Assembly: GCA_965248065.1 (NCBI GenBank)
Contig: OZ252088.1
Coordinates: 2,002,389-2,066,388 of the forward strand
From: Dehalococcoidia bacterium
GTDB lineage: Bacteria > Chloroflexota > Dehalococcoidia > Lucifugimonadales > Australimonadaceae
Length of the DNA stretch: 64,000 nt
Direction of reading: 5' to 3'
Shown: in pieces, positions 26,772 through 36,306 of the stretch
Numbering within the stretch: position 1 is the first letter of the stretch
Layout: every line of letters starts with the position of its first letter
Translations under genes and position numbers: made by a program
The notes under the pieces: model-generated
Told to the model about the DNA's origin: nothing
What the model saw: only the letters and a program-made list of their open reading frames with translations
Databases searched by the model: none

Positions 26772-29700
26772 TCAACTCCAGATATAGTCGAAGCAGACTA
26801 GGTGCAGGTCTTCCCGTGTGAGGGGTGTGTGGGCGTCTGATCCGGATGACCCGGCGTCGGCCTCCACAGCATCCATTGAAAGCACATATCCAATGACTGG
26901 CACGATGTCCTGGTCCCGCTGGAACTGCTCGTAAACCCGTCGCAGGTCTCGGATGGCCGTGTGAGTCATTGGAAACCGTAGTCTCTGCATCGCCTCCCTG
27001 ACCTCGGCTCGCAGGACTGCCGGGCTGTTCAGGTACCCCCGCAGCAACGTTATGACTGTTTGTTGCAGTGGGTCTAGGATTCGTGGGGCTGCCTCCACCG
27101 CCTGCTGCTCACGGACAGAGCCGAGTATGTCGTCAATCACCCTGTCCTGGATGGCAAAAACATCGCAGTCGCCTACCACTCGCGGCGTGTCCGGCGAGCA
27201 GGCGATGAGATTGGCGATAAGGAACCTGTTGTCGAGCACGCGGCCTCTGTCGATATCGTAGTAGCGCCAGAAGTGCCGTCGGTCCTCGCCTCTCGGTCCG
27301 GGCGCGGTGAAGTAGAAGAACATCCCCTTCTCCCCGTCGCGCGCCAAGCCGGAGTGGATGCCGTCCGGCAGCTCTTCAAGCATCTCACGCGCCCCGGTGT
27401 CCAGTAGACCCCGCAGCTGCTGGAGCAAGAACTCGTTGCTAGCCAGTTCAGTGAACTGCTCCTGCTCCTCTATCACCGCGCCATCCTCGTTCATAATGCG
27501 GCGCAGGGTGTTGAAGTTCCTGGGGTGAACCGTCTCACCCAGGACCGACGCATCGAGGAACCCGGTGCGGTCGATGTCGGTGATCTTGCGGTTCAGACTC
27601 TCCACCAGGCCGAGGAGCTTCTCCAAGCCTGCCTCCGGGAACATGTTGTTCACCCACAATAGCGGGTGCCTTGACCCGATGCGGTCGATACGCCCCGCCC
27701 TCTGAACCATGCGGGTGGGGTTCCAGTGCAGGTCGTAGTTGACCAAGACGCCGCAGTCCTGGAGGTTTTGGCCTTCGGACAGGACGTCCGTTGAGATGAG
27801 GATGTCCACCTCTGCGTCGAAGCCAACCAGGTCTGGCCGTTTGTTGGATTGGGGGGCAAAGGCCTGTATGAGCCGGGACCGCTCCGCTGGCGAAGCGCCG
27901 CCGTCCATGCGGCGAATCGACGGCTCCCCCGCGTCCTTGCGGAAGTCTTCGCCGCTGTCGCCGCCCAGCTCTCGGTAGAGGTAGCGAGCCGTGTCCCGGT
28001 AGTAGGTGAACACGATGACCTTTCGGCCCTTCAGGTCCTCCGACAGCAACTGTTTGAGAGTATGAAGCTTGGCGTCCTGGTCCGAGGTGATGCCGCCGAC
28101 CAACCGCCACAGTTGGGTCAGGGAGTCCACGTCATGCTGGAGCGCGTCGTGCAGCCTTCTCAGGTCATACTGGCTGGTATCCAACGGCTCAAGGCTTTCC
28201 AGCACATCGCGGGCCTCGTCGCTGGCGTCCATCTCGTCAGCCCGGCTGACCGGAGCGCCGTCGTCGTCCTCGTCCTCGCGGGCGAGGTACCGCATGGCCT
28301 TCTGGAAGGAGGAGCTGTCAAGGAGCTTGCCGTCCAGCACGTAGCTCTCGAAGGTCTTGGTGAACTCCAAGGCGCGCCGCACGCTGATGCGGAAGGCGTC
28401 CACGCTGGACTCGAAGCGCTTCAGGTAGCGGCTCCTGAAGATGCCGGCTAGCGCTTCCTCCCGGCCCTGCTCGAACTCGTCCCGCTTGACGCCGGCCTTC
28501 TTGTACGTCTCAAGTTGGTAGGGCGCAAGGTAGAGGCCTTCAACGGCCTCCACAACCTTGTCGTAGATTCCGGAATAGGTGGATTCCAAGTCGTACCGCA
28601 CCGTCTTGAGCCGGCGCTCCGGCCAGCTGATGCGCTCACCCCGGATCATGGCCTCCGGGTATGTCTTGCGCACGAAGGCGCGGGTGCGGCGGATGACCAC
28701 CTCCTCCAGCAGGTTGAAGAGCGCGACGCCGGTCTCGTGGTCGGCAACGTTGCGGCGGGCGTTCAGGAAGAAGCGGTACAGGTCGCCGATGCCGGCACCG
28801 GAGAAGTAGCTGCGGTCGCCCCCGGTTATCAGCGTCAACTGGTTGTACAGGTCGAAGATGGTGTTGTTGATGGGTGTCGCCGTTAGCAGGATGAGCTTCT
28901 TACGGCCGCCGTCCCGCCCCCTGCCTCCGTTGGCGCTGATGATGCGCTCCAGGTTCTCGTAACGTTGGGTTGTGCGGTTACGGAAGTTGTGGGACTCGTC
29001 GATAAGGATGACGTCGGCGTCGCCGATTGAAGACTGTTCATAACCCGCCTGGCCCAACTCCTCCTGGGAGACGATGGCTCCGGCGATAGTGGCGTCTCGA
29101 AGTTCGTCGGTCCACATCTGGCGAAGGGATGCCGGGCAGATGACCAGCGCCTTCTGCCGCAAGTGATAGGCATAGTCCTCCAGCAGCTTCTTCCCGATCC
29201 AGGTCTTGCCCAGGCCCACCGAGTCCCCAATCAGAACGCCGTCGTAACGGGCAAGGACCCGGCGTGCCTTCTTTACCGCGTCTTCCTGGAACTCCGACAG
29301 CTCCACAGCCGACTTGCCGTGCTCGGTCTCGGGAGACCCGAGGTCATCCTTGAAGTACTCGAAGAGGGCCTTCATGTACACCTGGTAGGGGGTGTACTCC
29401 ACCTGGCCGAACTTGGAGGCATCCAGAAGCTCGATGAGTTGGTCCTTGAAGTCGCTCGACTCCTCCCAGCGTTCCCGAAACCAGCGGTCGAGCTCGGTGA
29501 TGGCCTGGGGCCTACGCCACTCATCAACTCGCGGCGAAGCTCCATCTCCTCTCGCCCATCTACAGGAGCCGGGCTTATCCTCAACATCTCCTCTTCGGTG
29601 AGGGTCGTCTTGTGGGAGAGGTTGAGCTCCCTGTTGGTGGTGAGTCCGGCACCGGTGAAGTTGCTGGAGCCGACGATGGCTGCCACTGACTGGAATCGGT

Positions 29701-30103
29701 CCGCGCCGCCCATCGGAAGGTCGCCGTAGAAGATGTAGCTCTTGGCATGGAGGAACCCCTGTTGGTAGGCCCGGACGCCCACCATGTCGCGGCGCAGGAA
29801 GGCGATCAGGTCCTCTACTGCCCGGAGGGTCGCCTCGTTGAAGGGAGCGGCGTTCAGTTCCTGAACCAGACGTGAGGCGGCCCGAGGCCGCAGCCCGATG
29901 CTCTCGCCGTCCCGCGGCTCGTCCCCCAGTAGCAGGCGGAAGCTTCCCAGCCCTTGCAGACCCTCTTGCAGCAGGACGAATCCACGCACGTTAAAGTAAG
30001 CGGTGGCGATGTCCAGCGACTTGCCACCGTGCCCCGCCAGAATCTCGCCGAGCACTTCCGCCATGCGGTGGTTCTGGTTGTCTATGACGTAGGGGATGTA
30101 CAT
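26772..30103 (-). pseudogene. PLD-family nuclease fused to an SNF2/DEAD-like helicase (~1100 aa), split by a 1-nt frame change near 29510
   Basis: PLD motifs are FLHAKSYIF...VGSSNFTGAGL (29372..30103). SNF2 motifs are DSVGLGKT, LIDESHNFRN, LTATPINN, SEGQNLQD and QRAGRIDRIGS (26772..29402). My translation shows the helicase frame stays open upstream (ITELDRWFRERWEESSDFKDQLIELLDASKFGQVEYTPYQ) and overlaps the PLD frame. Confidence 0.8.
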
Positions 30104-30108
30104 GGCGC

Positions 30109-30351
30109 TCAGGCAGGTATGTACACCGGACGGGCATGGGTGATGTCCTTGCTGGTTACGGCCCGCGCCTGCGACGGCGATACTGTGGCGATGGCAGCCG
30201 TGTCGCCGTCGCAGGTCAGGAACTCCACCACGTAGGCCTCTCCATCCGGGTGCATATGCACGACAATGCCGACGTCACCAGGCCTCAGCTCTTCACTTTC
30301 GTCCCCGGTAAGGTCGGTGGTTAGTACGACCTGCTCATGCTCTCTGAACAT
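30109..30351 (-). CDS. DUF4926-like small protein
   Basis: MFREHEQVVLTTDL...LRPGDVGIVVHMHPDGEAYVVEFLTCDGDTAAIATVSPSQARAV. RBS GAGAGGTGA lies upstream of ATG 30351. Confidence 0.65.
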   Translation of the reverse strand: MFREHEQVVLTTDLTGDESEELRPGDVGIVVHMHPDGEAYVVEFLTCDGDTAAIATVSPSQARAVTSKDITHARPVYIPA

Positions 30352-30364
30352 CTCTTCACCTCTC

Positions 30365-30646
30365 TCATGGTGCATACTGAATGCCCCAACCCTCCATCTC
30401 ATTCCGAATGCTCTCTACGTCAGCTTTGCTAACTCCATATAGGCGAAAAGTAAGTTGGTTTGCAAACTCGGTAATATGATGACGCTTCTCTATTAACCGC
30501 CCAATGTTATGCTCAGATACTCCTTCACTGATCTTGCTTGAAAGATTCTCGATTTCAGCAGCACAGAGGTCTAGGCCTAGTAAGAGGGCCGCCGCCCGCT
30601 CCCCTTCTTCCATTGAATTAAGACTTTCCAACAGGTCGCTAAACAT
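30365..30646 (-). CDS. Hypothetical helical protein (93 aa), low GC
   Basis: 8-nt overlap with the HNH gene and a 13-nt gap to DUF4926. No motif recognised. Confidence 0.5.
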   Translation of the reverse strand: MFSDLLESLNSMEEGERAAALLLGLDLCAAEIENLSSKISEGVSEHNIGRLIEKRHHITEFANQLTFRLYGVSKADVESIRNEMEGWGIQYAP

Positions 30647-31097
30647 CGATCTGACTCCAAAGGTCGCTCACATTTCGTTTTATAGTTAGATTCAATCCAT
30701 TGACCGCTATCTGTGTTTCCTCTGAGTTATTGAAAATCACCCGCATCGAAGGAGCTCTGTGAAGGAGGACATGATGGCTAGCACAGAGCAAGCAGAGATT
30801 GGTGGGACTATCGGAACCGCCGCTTGAGACAAACTCAATATGGTGAACATCCAGTATTCTATCTGCTAGAGCCTCAGGTAGCTCATTGTGAGACAAACAC
30901 CCAACTACTTGGCACTTGCTCTCCCAAGCTCTAAGTACAAGCTGTCTGAGTGCAGGGTCCCGTTCCCACGAGGTGTAACCTCGCCTCCGCCGGGCGACAT
31001 CTTTGACCTTTGCAAGCCGTATAGCTTCCCTTCGAACTTTCTTCCCTTCTGTAGTTTCTAAATAACCACCACTCCGCGTACGCAAGCGAACTTGCAT
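30639..31097 (-). CDS. HNH endonuclease
   Basis: CQVVGC...LDVHHIEFVSSGGSDSPTNLCLLCASHHVLLH (HNH/His-Me finger). Confidence 0.75.
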   Translation of the reverse strand: MQVRLRTRSGGYLETTEGKKVRREAIRLAKVKDVARRRRGYTSWERDPALRQLVLRAWESKCQVVGCLSHNELPEALADRILDVHHIEFVSSGGSDSPTNLCLLCASHHVLLHRAPSMRVIFNNSEETQIAVNGLNLTIKRNVSDLWSQIDV

Positions 31098-31371
31098 CCC
31101 CAGGACCGACTTGTTCGACAGTGACTAGCATCGGCGCGTTCCAGTGGATCCACGTCTTAATCCATCTGACGAGCTCTCTCCCACCGATATAAGGATTCGC
31201 TGGATGCCTACGAAAACGTCCTGTAACAGTTTTCCCGTCCAATAGTGTCACCGCGCAGTCGCTATCGACGGTTGGCAAGTAGTCCAACTGAGCAGGCCTG
31301 AATCGAACCATCGTTCCGGTATGGTGAACGAGAGCCCCTTCCAGTTCTTGAACGCCGATTAAGAAACTCAT
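30931..31371 (-). CDS. Hypothetical protein overlapping the HNH gene (possibly its frameshifted N-terminal domain)
   Basis: ATG at 31369-31371 overlaps the MTase stop (ATGA). The first ~92 aa look protein-like (TLLDGKTVTGRFRRHPANPYIGGRELVRWIK). The last ~55 codons overlap the HNH ORF in another frame. Confidence 0.4.
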   Translation of the reverse strand: MSFLIGVQELEGALVHHTGTMVRFRPAQLDYLPTVDSDCAVTLLDGKTVTGRFRRHPANPYIGGRELVRWIKTWIHWNAPMLVTVEQVGPGDASSLAYAEWWLFRNYRREESSKGSYTACKGQRCRPAEARLHLVGTGPCTQTACT

Positions 31372-34300
31372 GTTTCCTTCTCTCCCTGCAAACTCCAGGT
31401 CAACCGTCTTACCCATTCCCTAACTCTTACTGTTTCTGCCAGTTTACGGTCAGGCGGTCTTGGAAGTCGGCGCAGATGACTTATCTTCACTTGTGGGAAA
31501 CTCCGCTGCTGTGCATCGCGATTCGCCCTGATGTGTAGCCAGGCAAGTAGGTCAGAATTTAGCAAGGCTACTAGAGTACCGTCCGGAAGCCCGGTTACTC
31601 CATAGCACGCAAGAACACTATTCCTAAAGTAAGTAGGGTCTCGGTGCAATGCAGCTATCGGACGAGATGCGGTTTGTCTCAGTACAATAGGACACTGTTT
31701 ATACCGCTCTCGAGGTCCAATTCGAAAGTATGTCCCATCTTTCTGGGTAGTATCCAAGCGGAGGAATATCCGTGGCGCACGAACGTAATAAGGGGTTATG
31801 TCACGACCTTCTCGTATAGGTACATTCGCAGGCATTACCAGTATGAACACCAGAGTCGCCAAACACTTCTTTATCAAATGAGGGCAGATCCTGCAGATAC
31901 TCAAACAGATCGAGCAGTTCGGGGTTAGTGGTCGTATCGATTGAAGCGTCACCTTTTGCATTGATGGTCCATGGGTCTTGATGTGGCAAATCATTGAATA
32001 GAGTAGGCTTGCGCTCAAAAATGACAGTAATAGAGGGTTCGGTCACACCCTCAAAGGCGTTCTCGCCGTGGTATGGGCACGGTTCTTGCGTCACTCCTAT
32101 GCCAGCAATGTACTCGCGGACACTTGCATATCCTTCAAGATCCGCAACCTGTGCGGGTATAATCAGCCCAAGAAAACCGGTTTCTTGGAGAAGAGAAGCA
32201 TTTCTTTCAAGGAATAGCCCGTGTGTCGAAAGCCAGCCGCCATTTCCAGAGGAATAAGTGTTCTTGAAGTATCTTACAGTCCTTTCCGCTACAGAAACAC
32301 GCTGGCGCCCTGAATAGGAAAGCCAAGGCGGATTGCCCACCACGGCGTCAAAGCCCTGATCGTCCTTGCGCTTCCATGTCCCACGTCCAAGGTCAACGAA
32401 CGCCTCCGGGAACTCCAGGTCCCAGTGGAAGAAACGATTCCCTGCACCTGTCTTCCTTCCCTTGGTAATGGCCTCCTGGTAGTCAGGTGACAACCCTGTT
32501 CCGCCGGAGCGTATCTGCTCGATAAGGTTGGGCCCGGCCAGCGTCAAATACTCCCTCGCCTTCGCGTTCCCGAAGTGCCGGCTCACCCAGATGTCCAAGG
32601 CGGCCTTATAGGGGGCCTGCGCTCGCTCGAAGTCGGCGTAGAGGCTGTGGCTGCGCTCGGCCTGCTCCACCGTGGCGTCAGGAATGCGGCGCAACTGCTC
32701 GATTGATGCCGTGGCTGAGAGCAGGCCCTGGAAGGGGCCGCCGAACAGGGTGGCAGTGTGCCCCTTGGTCTGCTTGGCAAGCTCAGCTTCTATCTCCTGC
32801 ACCGTCGTCCCGATGAGGGAGTTGCCGCACTTGAGGTGGTGGTCCAGGAACGAGAGCGGCGCCCCGATGGTGAAGCAGTCCAGCCACAGAGACACCTTGG
32901 ACAACTCCACTGCCATGGGGTTCAGGTCGACGCCGTAGGCGCACCGCTTGAGCACATGGCGCTTCAGCAGGTTGATGTCGGTAAGGCGGCCGGTGTCTAC
33001 GGCGACTCCCTGCCTCTCCATTTCGGCGATGATGGCCTCGCGGGTGTCTTGCAGGAACTTGGTAACTGGATTCCAGGGGAAGGCTCGCAGGAAACCCTCG
33101 CGCTCCCCCAGGATGCGGTCGCAGATGAAGTCCACTGCCTCTACGAGGAAGTGGCCGGAGCCCATAGCCGGGTCGAGCACCTTCAGGTCGAACAACTCGT
33201 CAACCAGGCTGGCGTAGGTGTTAGCCACCTTGGCCGGGTCGTCGGCCTTCATTCCCTGCCTTCTGAACCCCTCAGCCCTGTCCAAAGCTTTCCTGTAGTC
33301 CTGCTGAGCATCCCGGAACTTGGAGCGCAGCTTGTCGAACTTCTCCGCTAGAACCGGGCCTACCGTATTCTTGACGATGTACTTCACGATGTGGTCGGGC
33401 GTGTAGTAGGAGCCGGAGGCCTTCCGCTCCTGCCGGTCATTCTCCAGGTATACGTCGCCTGGTTGGTACACTCGCTCTTGGGCGTTGCGGCCTCGTCCCA
33501 AGGTCAGCACCCTCTTCTTGGACTTGACTGCCTCCTGATAGGGAATTACCTCCTCGGTCTTCTTCCCCTTGACCACCGCCATCTTTTCCTGGGCGATGCG
33601 CACCTTGAACTCCAGTAGCCCCTCGTAGATGGAACCCAACTGCCGGACGCCCAGGGACTTGTAGTCGATGAACACCAAGTCCTGACGCTTGTCGTCTAGG
33701 TCCCGGGCCAGCAAGTCCAGCCCCAGCGCCAGATATCGGTCGGTTATCTTGTGCGAGGCTAGGAACCGGGCGGTCTCAGCCTCCTGGGTGTAGTCGGCTG
33801 AATCGGGATTCGTGATGAACAGCCCCCCATTGTAGAGGGGTACGTTCAGGTCACGGTTGCCACGGTCGATAACGGAGAACAGGTCCAGAAGGCGATCGTA
33901 CAGCTCAGTGGCGTCCGCCGAAGCTCGGTACGCCTTGCGCAACTGGTCCGGTACAGCATCTCCTATAGGACCGGCCTTGTCTGCTATGTCCGCCTTCAGC
34001 TTGGTGAGGCTCCGCTCCCAGTAGCCGCGAACCTCCTTCACCGGCAGCAGGTCGCGGGACTCTGCGTACAGGAGGAAGAGCAGCCGGTAGAGCAGAGTCA
34101 GCGTGCCGTTGAAGACTTGGCGGCGGAACGCTTCGTCTGGCTCGCGCTTCAGAGAAAGCTGCTCCGAAATGGGCAACAGTGAAGCCTGGTGGGAACCTGC
34201 CAGTCCAATTTGCCCCTTGAGATGCTCGATGAATCCGGTGGCGAAGTGGGGAAACACCTGCTCGAACACCCGCTCCTTCAGACGTTCGCCAAGGCCCTTG

Positions 34301-35496
34301 GCGTAGCTTTCACTCTCGTCCAGCAGCCTATCCAGGAAGCTCAACTCCCCGGCCTGACCATCCCGCTGGAATTTCCTCGTGACGAAGGCGTTCAGGCGGA
34401 AGAAGAGCCAGAAATACCGGAACGACTCGTTGGGATCGGCCATAGCCAGCGTTTCATCCAGGTCGATCTCGTAGTAGTTGGTGGACCGGGAATGCGTTCT
34501 CGCCGAATAGAGACGCCACAGCTTGCCATTGGTAACGATGGCCCACGGTGCTTCATCGGATTCGAGGACGGAGACTACGCGAGCGCCGGGGTTCTCGTCG
34601 GGCACCTGGGCGTCGCGGGCCTCGTCTCTGCCGTCGAGGTACCGATTCCAAGCGTAGGCCAAACAAACGGCGACAGGCTTCTCAGGGTTGTGAGGGGCAT
34701 AAAGACGGTAGTCGGGTTCGTCTCTACCGGCAGCCTTCACGGGCTTGAACCCCAACGTGTCCAGAGCCGACTCCACGGGGAGTTGGGCAACTCCGCCGTC
34801 GTCATCCGTGTTGGCCTGCTGCCGCAACTGGGGGAGCAATTCTCGCAGGCGGTGGTACGCGTCCTCCGGCCGCTCCCTCCACTCAGGGAGCTCGGGTAGC
34901 CGCTCGTTCAGGTAGTAATCGGAGAACAGAGCACGGTTGTTAAAGAACGGTTCCGACCACTCGGCCACTGCGTACGCGGAGAGGAGCTTGTCGTACTGGG
35001 CATCGGCATCCGGCTCGGTATAGGTGAATCGGCGCAGAACCCGAAGCTGGACCTGAGAGGGATTGTGGCGGTTGACCGTGAGGATGCGGGGCCGCACCGA
35101 CACTTGACGGGCCGCCATGGGCGATGCTGGCGTCCCGGGCAGAGAGCGCTGCAACAGCACAAAGTCCAGGCGTTCGTAATCGTCGGTCAGGACCAGCAGA
35201 TAGTTTCCGGCGCGGTTCCTCAGCGCACGAGCCAGTCCCTGCGTCGCCGCAATGGTCACGGACGTGAGCTCAATCAGGTACGAGTCCATCGGCTCTGCGC
35301 CGTCGTCATGTACGGCGATGCGTTCGATATGCTTGATCTGGCGCGAGAGCGACCCGGCGGTGATCCCCATCGCCGACACGCTCTGAGGCTGGCGGCTGTC
35401 CGTGCGGTAGCCAAGGGCAGCGAAGAAGGCGGCCACGCCGTCTCGCGTCGCCAGGGTCTGGACGTCGGCTACGGATATGTTCCTGTCGTCAGTCAT
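31368..35496 (-). pseudogene. Large N6-adenine DNA methyltransferase (Eco57I/PglX/type IIG-like, ~1370 aa) with TaqI-like C-terminal specificity domain in a +1 frame
   Basis: The AdoMet motif is LDPAMGSGHFLV and catalytic motif IV is VVGNPPWL. ORF 31801..35496 ends just after GVHTGNA. The expected continuation (IREGRDITPYYV...KIFLR.. / LLALLNSDLLAWL...FPQVKISHLRRLPRP) is ORF 31368..32018. The frame switch is near 31835. Confidence 0.85.
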
Positions 35497-35502
35497 GGGT
35501 GC

Positions 35503-36114
35503 TCACGCTGTCCGGCTCATGCCATCGGCGACCATCGCGCTTACAGGTTGCGCCATCCACGCGGGCATAACCGCCCGTGACGCGGCCAACTCTCGCATGT
35601 CTTCGGCAGAGAGCCTGCATTCAAGTGCTCGCAGGTTGTCCTCCACCGCTCCGGGACCCAGCCAGGCCAGTGCGCGAACTGCCTCGCCCGCCGGTCGGTG
35701 CGGCGCCGTCAATTGCCAACGAGGGGCATGTCGTAGTTCGACCGTCAACCCGCCGAGTTTCAGCTTGCGGTTGGGCCCAGAGGTCAAATAAACGGACCGT
35801 ATCGGCACCTGCGTCGTGAGTCCGAGAGCGTTTGCCGCCATGTCGCCACAGGGTACAATTGTATCGCCCCAAAGCGCGGACAGCGACGCAAATACCTTCT
35901 CAACGGCGGGCGGTCGAGAACCGAAGCGGGACTGGATGGGCCGGACGTAGACGCCTTGGCAGACCCGCACAAGCTCTCCCTTGCGGGCAAGCCGGGACAG
36001 CGCCTGGTCGACAGCAGCTCTGCTGCCCATGTGCAACAAAGCGCTTGGGCACACCAACGCACCCTCCGACGACTCGGCGGCGTGGCTCATGATCTGAGAT
36101 GGAAGGCTTGGCAC
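35503..36114 (-). CDS. DUF6088/AbiEi-antitoxin-like winged-helix protein (candidate regulator)
   Basis: GSRAAVDQALSRLARKGELVRVCQGVYVRP...GDMAANALGLTTQVPIRSVYLTSG. It ends 7 nt before the MTase start. An alternative start is at 36090. Confidence 0.7.
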   Translation of the reverse strand: MPSLPSQIMSHAAESSEGALVCPSALLHMGSRAAVDQALSRLARKGELVRVCQGVYVRPIQSRFGSRPPAVEKVFASLSALWGDTIVPCGDMAANALGLTTQVPIRSVYLTSGPNRKLKLGGLTVELRHAPRWQLTAPHRPAGEAVRALAWLGPGAVEDNLRALECRLSAEDMRELAASRAVMPAWMAQPVSAMVADGMSRTA

Positions 36115-36306
36115 CGAGAAAACCTCTGTAATAGAATGTCAGAACTATAGCGCAACGACTGACTGGACGCAAGCTACCTATGGCTCTGAACACATTGCTT
36201 CGCAAACGCTTTGACCACAAACTCGTAGCAGTATAGGCTGCCGCCGCTGGCGTTGCAGGAACTAGAACTATGGGAATCACACTGACAGGATGAAGGGACG
36301 CAGCTA

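Noticed and set aside
29490-29530. Programmed ribosomal frameshift joining PLD and SNF2.
   Set aside because: There is no slippery heptamer and no obvious downstream stimulatory structure. A 1-nt indel next to a CCCC run is the simpler explanation.
26772-36114. Calling the locus a complete DISARM or BREX system.
   Set aside because: No DrmA/DrmB (DUF1998 helicase pair), no PglZ, no BrxC/PglY ATPase and no BrxA/B-like genes occur in the island or elsewhere in the window.
35503-36114. Interpreting the AbiEi-like gene as part of a canonical AbiE toxin-antitoxin pair.
   Set aside because: The downstream gene is the methyltransferase, not an AbiEii nucleotidyltransferase. It is treated as a DUF6088-type regulator candidate instead.
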